Of a stretch of DNA of 64,000 nucleotides, positions 49,170-58,460 are shown piece after piece. A program made the translations under genes and the position numbers. This DNA comes from a virus (lineage: Duplodnaviria; Caudoviricetes). Position 1 is the stretch's first letter; each line of letters begins with the position of its first letter. The DNA is taken from positions 14,100 to 78,099 of the IMG/VR virus record IMGVR_UViG_2894352420_000001; one strand, 5' to 3'. The notes below the pieces were generated by a model, which saw only the letters and a list, made by a program, of their open reading frames with translations, was not told where the DNA came from and ran no database searches.

Positions 49170-49772
49170 CTATTCGTAGACAAAATTCGTTTTGTTACTA
49201 CGCTTCCCTGAAAGCATTGCGGTTAGATGATTTCGACTTACCCCAATATGCAAAGCGGCTTCCTTGACGCTATTAAATTTTTGTCCCGTCAAGCTGTCTA
49301 TTACAGAAATAGAACCTTTATGTCCAAAATTTCCCACTTTCAAAGGTGTTTGAATAGCGCTCCCAGAATCCCATCCATTATGTATTCTTCTTCTGATGGT
49401 ATTGTATTTACTTACTGGCCATTTTAATTTTTCAGAAAGAAGTGTTAGTGAAATAAGTTCTCCATCATAATCAACCATTACAGTATTCGACCTATTTGAA
49501 GTATTTACAATCTTGGTAACAAACCTGCAATTCTCTGGATAGTAACCTTTATCATTTTCTTTTCTGTCCAATTCAAGGCCTTGCTCATATCCATTTTCGA
49601 GCGCCCAGTCCCGAAAAACAGTAAAAACCTCCCACTCTGAACAAACGGTAATTCCCTTGTCAAAATAATGCTCACGTCCTTTCCATTTAGACAATACTCT
49701 TTGACGCATAGAAGCCCATTTTTTAAAAAGATCTGTATTGGTTTCACCGTGCATTTCCCTAAACTTTCTCAT
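49170..49772 (-). CDS. HNH homing-endonuclease-like protein with NUMOD1-like C-terminus
   Basis: KGITVCSEW…LELDRKENDKGYYPENCRFVT; FNSVKEAALHIGVS. Confidence 0.8.
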   Translation of the reverse strand: MRKFREMHGETNTDLFKKWASMRQRVLSKWKGREHYFDKGITVCSEWEVFTVFRDWALENGYEQGLELDRKENDKGYYPENCRFVTKIVNTSNRSNTVMVDYDGELISLTLLSEKLKWPVSKYNTIRRRIHNGWDSGSAIQTPLKVGNFGHKGSISVIDSLTGQKFNSVKEAALHIGVSRNHLTAMLSGKRSNKTNFVYE

Positions 49773-49863
49773 ATATCATAAATTAATACAAACAAATGTA
49801 CATCTTTTCTTTTACATTAATTATAAAAATGTACATTTATTTATTTACTTTTTATAAGTACAT

Positions 49864-50076
49864 TTGCATATGGATATAGAGAATTACTTAAAAAATCAGT
49901 CAGATATCAACCTTTCTGGACTAGCAAAGAGAATGTGGCCAAATAATAAGTATGCTGATAATTATTTAAGCAAAAAGTTAAACGGATTAGATGGAAGAAA
50001 ATGGACTAAGAAAGATACCGAGCGGGCTAAAATTGCCTTACAAGAGCTTGGTATCTTTCTTCAACAGTTATCGTAG
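49864..50076 (+). CDS. Small HTH regulator divergent from the HNH gene
   Basis: INLSGLAKRMW…YLSKKLNG; three AATGTACAT-like boxes at 49795-49866. Confidence 0.6.
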   Translation: MHMDIENYLKNQSDINLSGLAKRMWPNNKYADNYLSKKLNGLDGRKWTKKDTERAKIALQELGIFLQQLS

Positions 50077-50114
50077 TTGTAATCGTTGTACGAAAAACTG
50101 GGACTACCTGCAGT
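50066..50114 (-). repeat. DGR template repeat (TR), truncated to 49 nt
   Basis: Aligns ungapped to 50254-50302 with 12 mismatches, all at TR adenines. Confidence 0.9.
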
Positions 50115-50137
50115 CAGCAGCGCACCACCTTGTTTTC

Positions 50138-50644
50138 TTATTCCGAGAATGTCATCCAGGCTTTATATATCTCGACAAATTCCGGTTGAATCGTTGCCCA
50201 TTTCATGGCATCATAATCAAGAAAAACGAGGCGGGCACCGACGAACGAGTACGAGCGAACGTAGCCGTAACCGCGGTACGAAAAACCGGGACCACCCGCA
50301 GCTTCCTCATTCCAGACGAAGTATGGATAATATTTATACTGGCTACTGTCTGAAAAATCGGGTTCCCATCCCTCATTTAGCACTCTTGCGATAATTGTCA
50401 GCTGGTGATAGGCATACAGTGACTCTCGGTCATTTGATGGAATAAATGAAAAGTCGGAGATTGCCAGCGGAATAATATTCAGCTCCTGACAGGCGTCTTG
50501 ATAGGTATCAATGCGATCTATCAGCTTACGGTCAAAATTAAAGTCCGGATAAGACTCTCTCATCCATTTTTTAATCGAAGCTTCTGCATTGTTATATGCT
50601 TTTTGGGCATTGGCCGGTGTCATGGTTAACAATTGTGTTTCCAT
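50138..50644 (-). CDS. DGR target protein carrying the variable repeat (GFSYRGYGYVRSYSFVGARL)
   Basis: VR at ~50225-50302; VGARL ending typical of CLec-type DGR targets. Confidence 0.8.
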   Translation of the reverse strand: METQLLTMTPANAQKAYNNAEASIKKWMRESYPDFNFDRKLIDRIDTYQDACQELNIIPLAISDFSFIPSNDRESLYAYHQLTIIARVLNEGWEPDFSDSSQYKYYPYFVWNEEAAGGPGFSYRGYGYVRSYSFVGARLVFLDYDAMKWATIQPEFVEIYKAWMTFSE

Positions 50645-50682
50645 TTTGGATTTATATTGATTTTGAATTAGTTGAAGACTTT

Positions 50683-52602
50683 TTACGCAACTTTTGACAA
50701 ATTGGTTTTACCAGACATGGCTTCTGTCCAGGCGCGAACAACATGCGGAACCACAGAATTACCGATAAACTTTTTCTGATCTGATTGATTTCCGGCTAAA
50801 ACGTAATTGGCAGGAAAACCTTGAATTTTTAGAAGTTCAAGAACCTTCAACATTCTCATCTTTATGTCGGCTATTCCGTAGATTGACATGAAAATCTTAA
50901 TCCGCACCATCACTTCCGAATCATCGTCGTAAACCGGAATATTATATTCAGGATCTATTTTAAACTGAATCAAATAAAGAGGGGCCTTATCCTGCCTGGC
51001 TATTATGACAGGGCACGGCCCATTAGTTGACATAGTGTGACCACCATGAGAGGGATTCAAAATAATAGGCTCACAATTAATCAATCTATGCTTATCTATT
51101 GGCATTAAGGTCCCGGCCGGATTTTCAATGGATGAAATATTTCCATTTCCTGTATAGGTTTTATCAAACCAGACTGCCTGTACTTTTGCCAATCGATCTT
51201 TCGTACTTAAAGTGCTGGCAGGTGATTCGATAGAGTTTATATTTTCACCTGTACCATGATATTTAGTTAAAAATGAAGGATTGATTAAAGCTAACTTATC
51301 TTTGCATACCAAAGTCGGCGCAGGTAGCTCAATATCGTTTGTGACACTCGAATGATTATAATTTACCAAATACGGCACTGGCGTCAATAAATATGGGTGA
51401 CGCCTGCTTGAAACCAAAGTTGCAGCAGGTTCATTGATAGATTTTCCAACGTTTTTGAAATTAGTATTCATTACGAAGGGTTTTACATTCACCAGTGCTT
51501 GACCATCAGTGCAAGTTATAGTGCCAGAAGGACCCGTTACTGGGATAACTTTTCCGGCTGGCTTCCCTGAATAATATTTTGCAATGAATGAGGTGTTGAC
51601 CAAACCTAAACGATTTTGGCAAGCTATTGTCGGACAAGGTTCATCAATTGATGGCGGGTTGTGATATCCTTTCCCGTCCGTGGAATTGTATTTCAGTATA
51701 AAAGCTTCTTTCCCGCCAGCCACAAACTTTACAAGTCCCGCATAAATTCTTTCAAGCGATGGATCAACAAGTGGTTTCTTGCGATTAAAAATGGATAATC
51801 CTTCATCTTCGAAATCTAAAACATCTTTAACAGCCTTCCATTTTTTAAGGTCACCAAACATACTTCCGGAAGATGGTTTTTTGCTATGACTTGGCTGTGG
51901 CCATATGATTGGCATGCCAGGTTTTGCGAATACTCCAAATAGTCGGTTTCGGCTTGTATAAGCTCCGAAATCCGCACTGTTCAGCTCCTTCCATTCATCA
52001 CGGTACCCAAAACTGCAAAGATGTTGTTTCCATCGGATCCAGTCCTGACCATTTTTCTTTGAAACTGGTTTTCCATCTTTCATTGGCCCCCAGCTCATAA
52101 ACTCAACAACATTTTCAATCTGGACATAGTCAGGATCCAAAGCGGCAACATACCGGTCCAGGTGATCGGCCAGTGTTCTCGAATCTGCATCGCGCGCTTG
52201 ACCACCCTTTGCTTTGCTAAAATTGGTGCATTCAAGACTTGCCCAAAGGATAATCTTTGCATCCGGATAAGCAGCACGGTAAATTTCAACCAGACGTACC
52301 AGTTGACGCATGTGATCGGTTTGAAAAAGGATCCCGTTAACAACTTGACCATATAATTTTGTAATGTCTTCTAAAAAATGAAGTACATCAGGATGATTCT
52401 TCCAATGTGATTCAATCGCCAAAGGATCATGGTTTACACAGGCAGCAATGCATGCGGCTTTCTGTCCGTTGATCATTGCCATATCAAATCCAGTGGTTGT
52501 GCCTCCTGCTCCGCAAAAAAGATCAATGACGATATATTTTGGGTTGCCCGATTTATTTTTCGAAATGATCATGTTAGTATTGAGATGATTTATATAAAAC
52601 AA
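50683..52602 (-). CDS. C5 DNA cytosine methyltransferase with repeated variable-region units
   Basis: DLFCGAGG, SLECTNFS, IENV, SRNRLF, QGFP, IGNSV. Confidence 0.88.
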   Translation of the reverse strand: MFYINHLNTNMIISKNKSGNPKYIVIDLFCGAGGTTTGFDMAMINGQKAACIAACVNHDPLAIESHWKNHPDVLHFLEDITKLYGQVVNGILFQTDHMRQLVRLVEIYRAAYPDAKIILWASLECTNFSKAKGGQARDADSRTLADHLDRYVAALDPDYVQIENVVEFMSWGPMKDGKPVSKKNGQDWIRWKQHLCSFGYRDEWKELNSADFGAYTSRNRLFGVFAKPGMPIIWPQPSHSKKPSSGSMFGDLKKWKAVKDVLDFEDEGLSIFNRKKPLVDPSLERIYAGLVKFVAGGKEAFILKYNSTDGKGYHNPPSIDEPCPTIACQNRLGLVNTSFIAKYYSGKPAGKVIPVTGPSGTITCTDGQALVNVKPFVMNTNFKNVGKSINEPAATLVSSRRHPYLLTPVPYLVNYNHSSVTNDIELPAPTLVCKDKLALINPSFLTKYHGTGENINSIESPASTLSTKDRLAKVQAVWFDKTYTGNGNISSIENPAGTLMPIDKHRLINCEPIILNPSHGGHTMSTNGPCPVIIARQDKAPLYLIQFKIDPEYNIPVYDDDSEVMVRIKIFMSIYGIADIKMRMLKVLELLKIQGFPANYVLAGNQSDQKKFIGNSVVPHVVRAWTEAMSGKTNLSKVA

Positions 52603-52867
52603 ACCTGCAAGCGCAGGACCAGAGAAGCGTCTGATAGCGCGAAACCTAAACCCTTAACCTTTATTTCGTTTGATCAACAAAGCAGCCAGATCAGCAGCAG
52701 CACCGCTATAACCTTGAATGTCCACCAGCTGTAAAGAATGTATTTCCAATCTTCATTTGACTCTTTCATTGGAATGGATATTAATGTTGGATAAAATCAC
52801 TATTGAAAAGCAATGAGCTTGGCAGAAGTATGTCCGCCGGCATGGATTACCAACCCTCCACAAATTT

Positions 52868-53314
52868 TTAAAAAGGCAAATCGTCGTCGTCTTTATTAGG
52901 TCCCATTCCAGGTGGAATTGGGTCAGGTTGCCGTTGTTGAGTTTGTTGACCTTGTCCGGAAATTTGATTTCCACCGGAAACAGGCGCGCCGCCGAGTAAC
53001 GTCATGCTATTGGCACGAATAGTTGTCGAATATTTCTCAACTCCTTCTTTGTCGGTGAATTTATCTGTCCTTATCTTTCCCTCAATATAAACCGGGTTCC
53101 CTTTTTTTAAATATTTCTCTGCAACCTTTGCCAATCCCTCCCAAAGCTCAATTCGATGCCATTCGGTATTTTCAACTCGTTCACCGTTTTTGTTCGTGTA
53201 AGCTTCGGTCGTAGCAATGCTGAATTTCGCTATGGCAGATCCGCTCTCCAGATATCTAACTTCTGGATCGCTGCCTAAATTTCCGATAAGAATTACTTTG
53301 TTAACACTTGCCAT
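52868..53314 (-). CDS. ssb: Single-stranded DNA-binding protein
   Basis: VNKVILIGNLGSDPE…DDDLPF. Confidence 0.96.
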   Translation of the reverse strand: MASVNKVILIGNLGSDPEVRYLESGSAIAKFSIATTEAYTNKNGERVENTEWHRIELWEGLAKVAEKYLKKGNPVYIEGKIRTDKFTDKEGVEKYSTTIRANSMTLLGGAPVSGGNQISGQGQQTQQRQPDPIPPGMGPNKDDDDLPF

Positions 53315-53663
53315 TATTGTCTGTTTTAAAATTCTCTATTTGACTCAGTACTTGATATTTGTAAAATCCCGAGAAGTAGATTTTTCCTTTACTTCTGATT
53401 ATGCTTCGCTCTGATATGAAATTGGATATGCGGATTCGTGCATGTTTTAACTCGGATGTCTCAGGATTGTATTCATAATGAGTTTTAAAACGAGCGTTAT
53501 CTTTGTCATAAATACCACCAAAATGAGCAGCCAGGAAATAGTAAAATTTAAAATCACTTTGATTATTAAACTTTCTCATTATAATCCGGGCATTAATATC
53601 TTCAACGGAGGTGACCTCTTTAACGGTTAGCGGATGAATCCTCCTTAATTCTTCCAATTCCAT
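53301..53663 (-). CDS. Hypothetical protein
   Basis: ORF track. Confidence 0.5.
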   Translation of the reverse strand: MELEELRRIHPLTVKEVTSVEDINARIIMRKFNNQSDFKFYYFLAAHFGGIYDKDNARFKTHYEYNPETSELKHARIRISNFISERSIIRSKGKIYFSGFYKYQVLSQIENFKTDNNGKC

Positions 53664-54249
53664 TATTAAAAATGTTTTGATTGGTTATTTGATCTTTATA
53701 CTCCTCTAAAAATATTCTGAACAATTTCAGTTTGTCTTCAAGTCTTCCAAAGTCATAAGTTGAAGGCGTATAGGTTTCAACATGTACGTGACCGTCTGAA
53801 ATGATCACATAGTTAAGCTCCGTTAATCCTTTTTGTTCCAGCGCTTTCATATACCAATGGCAGCTAGAGTGTAGCATCGATGGAATTTGATAATACTTCA
53901 TGGCTCTGAATACAAACCCTTTCCCGAACCCCACATAATCAATCATCCCGCCCACTTCGATATCACCAAGGATAGTTGAACAAAAAATATCCGTTTGCCC
54001 AAATCCGGGAAGCATCTTTCTGACAAGCTCAATATTATCCGATGAGACATCCTTTTTAAAAACTACCTCCTTGAAAAAATTAGCAACTTGGCTGTCTGTC
54101 GGATTTTCCTCACCGTTAAATATATATCCAGTATTCAGGTAATTAATCAAATCAAATGCTTCGAACGAATACCCTATTGAACCTCCCTTTAAATATAGAT
54201 CGAAAGTATCGATCATATCCGGGCTAAGCCGGTACCGAACTTGTAGCAT
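53620..54249 (-). CDS. Hypothetical recombination-module protein (possible exonuclease)
   Basis: Between the ATPase and ssb; likely start MLQVRY. Confidence 0.4.
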   Translation of the reverse strand: MLQVRYRLSPDMIDTFDLYLKGGSIGYSFEAFDLINYLNTGYIFNGEENPTDSQVANFFKEVVFKKDVSSDNIELVRKMLPGFGQTDIFCSTILGDIEVGGMIDYVGFGKGFVFRAMKYYQIPSMLHSSCHWYMKALEQKGLTELNYVIISDGHVHVETYTPSTYDFGRLEDKLKLFRIFLEEYKDQITNQNIFNNGIGRIKEDSSANR

Positions 54250-55141
54250 CTTGATATCGTTTGGTAACTTTATCAATTACACATTTAAGGGCAGCCGCTT
54301 TCTCTTTCATTAAATTAGCAGCTTGCATTTTTACATCCGAGATGAAGTCAATTTGCATAATCACCTCTTTCGCCTCATTCAAATCATCAGCATTTTCGCA
54401 AACCGATAAAGCTGTTTGAACTTTGTGAATCTGATCCAGATATTGCTTGTAGATTTCGGTGTCGTCGTTCATATTTTTCAATGCCAACTCAATAACATCA
54501 GAGAGTTTAACACCGTCAACTTCCATGAATTCAGGGAGTCCGCAAGTGTTCTTTCCGTAAAAATTATCGGAAGGATTGAAAGTAATAGTTGATTTCCCAT
54601 TATGAGAACGCATATATCCACAAAGGTCAACCTCACGCATAATGTTTGATGCGGTGGATCCTGTAACGTCAGGCCGTATCATCGTTTCGTCACCGGACTT
54701 AGTTTCCTTGTCATGAGCAATTAGAACAATATGTTTCCCAAGATCCCGGAGCCTTGTCATAAATTCTTTGAACCGTTGAGCCAAAGCGCCAAACCCTTGC
54801 TGTGTCAGGGCTCCGTCCTTACGTTTCATCCTGGAATCTCCTTTCATAATGCTAAGCGATAGAACTTCCAATGCTTTCCCGGCAGTATCGATTATGATAG
54901 TATCATACGATGACAAATCGGTCTTTGTTTCAAATAAACCATCAGTATCATCCCAAGTTTTAATTGGAACATAAGCACCTCGGTATTTTGGTCCTACGCG
55001 TTTTACTCCGTTATCAAAGTCTAAAAGCAACGGATTTTTAGACGAAAAAGAAAATGAAGTTTTGCGCACACCTGGCTGCCCATAAATAAGCATAATAAGC
55101 CATTCAACTGCGATTGGGTCTGTTGGTTGTTTGATTACCAT
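54224..55141 (-). CDS. AAA_24/Sak4-like ATPase (recombinase)
   Basis: YGQPGVRKT, LLDFDNG, IIIDTAG, LIAHDKE. Confidence 0.78.
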   Translation of the reverse strand: MVIKQPTDPIAVEWLIMLIYGQPGVRKTSFSFSSKNPLLLDFDNGVKRVGPKYRGAYVPIKTWDDTDGLFETKTDLSSYDTIIIDTAGKALEVLSLSIMKGDSRMKRKDGALTQQGFGALAQRFKEFMTRLRDLGKHIVLIAHDKETKSGDETMIRPDVTGSTASNIMREVDLCGYMRSHNGKSTITFNPSDNFYGKNTCGLPEFMEVDGVKLSDVIELALKNMNDDTEIYKQYLDQIHKVQTALSVCENADDLNEAKEVIMQIDFISDVKMQAANLMKEKAAALKCVIDKVTKRYQDATSSVPA

Positions 55142-55188
55142 TTTGTTAAGTTATAAAGGTTGGTTGATTTTTTTATTGGATATTAAAC

Positions 55189-55473
55189 TTACGCTGCCTG
55201 CAAAGTAAGTGTTTCCAGTTTTTGCTCAAATTCACTAACAAACAGTGAAAGTTGTTCAGTATCAATCTGATCAGTTTCAAAAAACGTCACGTATGGTTTC
55301 AAACGGAAACCGATTATTACTTGAACTTCATTCATTCTAACTGCATAAGCCTCAGGAAACAAACGGTCTATCGAAATTCCCATTCCATTCATTTCGGCTG
55401 TCGCTTCACCTGACGTTGTTAATGCTGAGAATTGCTCTGCAAGGGAAATAATGGATACAATAAATTCTTTCAT
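55189..55473 (-). CDS. Hypothetical protein
   Basis: ORF track. Confidence 0.5.
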   Translation of the reverse strand: MKEFIVSIISLAEQFSALTTSGEATAEMNGMGISIDRLFPEAYAVRMNEVQVIIGFRLKPYVTFFETDQIDTEQLSLFVSEFEQKLETLTLQAA

Positions 55474-55501
55474 TTGATATTACGGTTATACTTATACGCT
55501 G

Positions 55502-55663
55502 TTAAACTTTTTCCTTCTTAACGGGAATCAAAAAGGCAAGAAGGATGATAAAAGCCAACACTGCCAGGCCCAAGGCAACTTTTGTTTCGGGTTGCTCACC
55601 GACGAATTTGTATATCAGATATTTGATATCTGACACCAAACCATAAATGTCTATTGGAATCAT
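55502..55663 (-). CDS. Small membrane protein (MIPIDIYG…)
   Basis: C-terminal TM; start reassigned from the ORF track. Confidence 0.45.
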   Translation of the reverse strand: MIPIDIYGLVSDIKYLIYKFVGEQPETKVALGLAVLAFIILLAFLIPVKKEKV

Positions 55664-55848
55664 TGTTTGATTTGTTTTGCAATTTTGGGTGCCAGAAGCA
55701 CCATTACAGTGATAATCAAAAGCGGCAGGTAACCAAAGGACTCTGTATACATCGTCGGATTGCTGCAAATCCAGATTAGCGCGGGAATTAACTTTTGTGT
55801 GATGGCAGCTGCACAAATGAAGGTGACCAATATTAGTAACTTCGCCAT
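55660..55848 (-). CDS. Small membrane protein (2 TM)
   Basis: ORF track; ATGA coupling. Confidence 0.45.
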   Translation of the reverse strand: MAKLLILVTFICAAAITQKLIPALIWICSNPTMYTESFGYLPLLIITVMVLLAPKIAKQIKQ

Positions 55849-55994
55849 ATCGATGGTCTGGAATCAAGTATGTGGATAAAAATTTCAGAAAGCAGAATCG
55901 GGCTAATGATGATCGTAGCGATAATTGACGCAATGATCCAGATCAGAGCAATAAAATAACGAGCAGCCTTAACTTCAATAGGAGTATTTTTCAT
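55833..55994 (-). CDS. Small membrane protein (53 aa, MKNTPIEV…)
   Basis: Read manually; long hydrophobic helix. Confidence 0.4.
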   Translation of the reverse strand: MKNTPIEVKAARYFIALIWIIASIIATIIISPILLSEIFIHILDSRPSIWRSY

Positions 55995-56272
55995 ATAGGT
56001 TTTGGTTTGGTTTTTCTTTTACTTGAATGGTTTAATAAAAAATTATCAACGGCATTATCGACTTCTTCATTTGTTTTCACATATCCCCGAAGTAACCACT
56101 CTTCTATTTTTTCACGTTCAAAAAATATGGATTTTCCGGTGGGTTTTGAATGCGGTATTTTTGATTGCGAAGTCAAACGATATACATGATTTTTTGAAAA
56201 TCCGGTGTATTTAACTAATTCATCCAGCGTTAACACCTTTTTTGAATAATATGGTATTTCGATTTCGCTCAT
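55991..56272 (-). CDS. Excisionase/AlpA-like HTH protein
   Basis: VLTLDELVKYTGFSKNHVYRLTSQSKIPHSKP…IFFEREKIEEWL. Confidence 0.85.
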   Translation of the reverse strand: MSEIEIPYYSKKVLTLDELVKYTGFSKNHVYRLTSQSKIPHSKPTGKSIFFEREKIEEWLLRGYVKTNEEVDNAVDNFLLNHSSKRKTKPKPI

Positions 56273-56276
56273 GTTA

Positions 56277-56504
56277 TTATTCTTTTACATATTCTCTTAA
56301 ATCCCTGAATAACTTCTTTAGATGATCAAAGGCGCGAACTCTATTTGATAATTCAAATGAATTCACATCATCAACTTGATCCAACAGACTATCAACAAAC
56401 ATGCAGTGAACTGCATCCTCTGGCGTGGAATTAGCTTCTGATTCAAACTCTCCAAAAAATACTTGAATCATTTCTTTCAAATCTTTTTTCTCTTTATTTC
56501 TCAT
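56277..56504 (-). CDS. Hypothetical protein
   Basis: ORF track. Confidence 0.5.
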   Translation of the reverse strand: MRNKEKKDLKEMIQVFFGEFESEANSTPEDAVHCMFVDSLLDQVDDVNSFELSNRVRAFDHLKKLFRDLREYVKE

Positions 56505-56509
56505 TTGTC

Positions 56510-56908
56510 CTATGATTTATGTGGGCATAATGCTTTTCTTCTGGCACTCGCGGCCACCGGATCTTGCTGGGTGCTTTTTCTTGCTACTCGGTTCTTTATC
56601 CATTCATCAAGCTCTTCTTGGTCAAACACAACATGGATGCCGGACTTTAAGAATGGAATTTCCTTTTTATGGGTCATTGAGTAAAGAGTTCCTTTAGATA
56701 TTTTTATCCCTCGATTATTGATATGTTTAAGTGCATCGGCAATATTCAGCCATTTCTGTTTAGGTGGAGAATTTCCAACATTATAGTTAGCTAGTAATTC
56801 CTTTATGGCATCCTGAATAACGGAAGCCAATTCCTCCTTAGTTGTTATGATTAATTCCATTATTGAATGCTTATTAGTGAGAAAATCATTGATTATTTTA
56901 GGCTCCAA
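56510..56908 (-). CDS. Second excisionase-like HTH protein
   Basis: WLNIADA…SKGTLYSMTHKKEIPF…VFDQEELDEWI. Confidence 0.8.
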   Translation of the reverse strand: MEPKIINDFLTNKHSIMELIITTKEELASVIQDAIKELLANYNVGNSPPKQKWLNIADALKHINNRGIKISKGTLYSMTHKKEIPFLKSGIHVVFDQEELDEWIKNRVARKSTQQDPVAASARRKALCPHKS

Positions 56909-57344
56909 TAAATCCTGTTAAGGCCTCTACATCATTGTTATACTCCACCATGAACATCCTCCCCTCGCCGGTAGACAACCAATGCGCACTTACACCATAA
57001 TCATGGATCAAGAAATCATTATAGATGGATGGTAGTGGATTGTCTTTCAGATGGCAAGTACTCCAAAAATTTCCTTGATTTAGCCCATAATCCTTGCAAA
57101 AACGATATACGCTTTCGATTGTTCCGTTTTTAATCAAAATATCCATCGCCCAACGGAATCGCTCCTTTGCCACCTGAATTTGTTTTACCTGAACAAATTT
57201 ATCCTTAGCCTTTGGCGTGGGCTTGTTTTTTAGCTCGCTCAATTCCTTTCTTGGCCTACCTCTTGGTCTCGAATTCTCCTCGGTTTCCTTTTTTTCTTTA
57301 TACCTGCCAATTGATCTGATCGGGATAATTTTTGGCTGATTCAT
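56898..57344 (-). CDS. AT-hook plus HTH regulator
   Basis: RPRGRPRK; DYGVSAHWLSTGEGRMF. Confidence 0.65.
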   Translation of the reverse strand: MNQPKIIPIRSIGRYKEKKETEENSRPRGRPRKELSELKNKPTPKAKDKFVQVKQIQVAKERFRWAMDILIKNGTIESVYRFCKDYGLNQGNFWSTCHLKDNPLPSIYNDFLIHDYGVSAHWLSTGEGRMFMVEYNNDVEALTGFIGA

Positions 57345-58210
57345 TGCAATACTGCGCTTTTTCCGCCCTTTGGAGGAGTATTGATAAATGGTTTCAAAAC
57401 TCTTACCGATCCTCCCGGAGGATTAGCGCTGTAAAATCTATGAATAAACTCTCGTCCCTTTTGCGTCCAACATGTAAGAATTGTTGAATGCTGCACACCG
57501 CTCTTATCAGTATGGGTGTGCGTTTTAGGACCCGTGTATCCCATTCCTACAAAATTTGCCGTCAACAGCCAAACACCACCAACTCTTTTTAAAACCCCTT
57601 TTGTATTCAGGTAAGTATTTAGGGCAGATGGTGATCTGAACCCAAGTTCCGCGGCAATAGTCGATATTGTAAAAAGATCAGGAGTATCAAGCACTTTGTC
57701 GTGAAATTCGACTTTGGAGGCTGACTCGATCAAAGCTTTCGCCTGAGCCTGGTTTTGTATCTTCAACCCTTCCTGCTGAATTAGCAACGTGTTGTTCTGA
57801 GAAATCAATTTTTCTTCGCTCTCGTATTTTTCAGCAAGCTGGCGAAGCGCAGCTGGAAGCGTTGTTGGAAGATTGAAATTTACACCTGGATTAAATTGAA
57901 GTTGCTTTAACTGCTCTTCCATTTGACCAAATGCCGAAATAAAATCCAGTTTAAACTGCAAAGCTTTTTTTCCTGTGAATCCCATAACTAATAATGAGAA
58001 TCCGTCGCGGTTCATGGTGAACATGGGTTGCTTTTTATTTTGCTCATTCAAATATGTCGTTTCTGTGAACATTCGGAGGACGGCGGAATTTTCCGCTGTC
58101 GTCAATTCGCGAATTGATTCAAGGACATCTTTGTGTTGTTTCCCAAATTTCAGAGCGACTCGAAGACTATCGGTTTCAACTCTTCCTCCATTGTTAGTTA
58201 CTAATTCCAT
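57341..58210 (-). CDS. Rha-family regulator/antirepressor with KilAC domain
   Basis: DSLRVALKFGKQHKDVLESIR, MNRDGFSLLVMGFTG; C-terminal WTQKGREFIH. Confidence 0.88.
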   Translation of the reverse strand: MELVTNNGGRVETDSLRVALKFGKQHKDVLESIRELTTAENSAVLRMFTETTYLNEQNKKQPMFTMNRDGFSLLVMGFTGKKALQFKLDFISAFGQMEEQLKQLQFNPGVNFNLPTTLPAALRQLAEKYESEEKLISQNNTLLIQQEGLKIQNQAQAKALIESASKVEFHDKVLDTPDLFTISTIAAELGFRSPSALNTYLNTKGVLKRVGGVWLLTANFVGMGYTGPKTHTHTDKSGVQHSTILTCWTQKGREFIHRFYSANPPGGSVRVLKPFINTPPKGGKSAVLQ

Positions 58211-58460
58211 ATGAATGTTGATTTAATGTTAAAACTGAAACTCAGGAGTCCACTGAAAATTTGGTTTTTGATCTTTCACTCTGATTATTTCGAATCCGGT
58301 ATTAAAATACAATCCAAAGTGAGTGCCGTCAGTGATAAACAGAAACTCGTTCGGCTTACCGTTTTGAATCAATTCGGATTCCGTAGGAATTTCAAGGTCA
58401 AGGTTTTGCATAATAATAAGAGTTTAAATAAATACAGATTAAAGACAACTGAAATATAGA

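Noticed and set aside
49991-50394. Plus-strand ORFs 49991-50353 and 50086-50394
   Set aside because: Antisense to the TR and target gene; the apparent internal repeat comes from the TR/VR duplication
58211-58459. Plus-strand 82-aa ORF between rha and cro
   Set aside because: Opposes the early operon; the minus-strand 58229-58411 ORF fits at least as well, and neither is assignable
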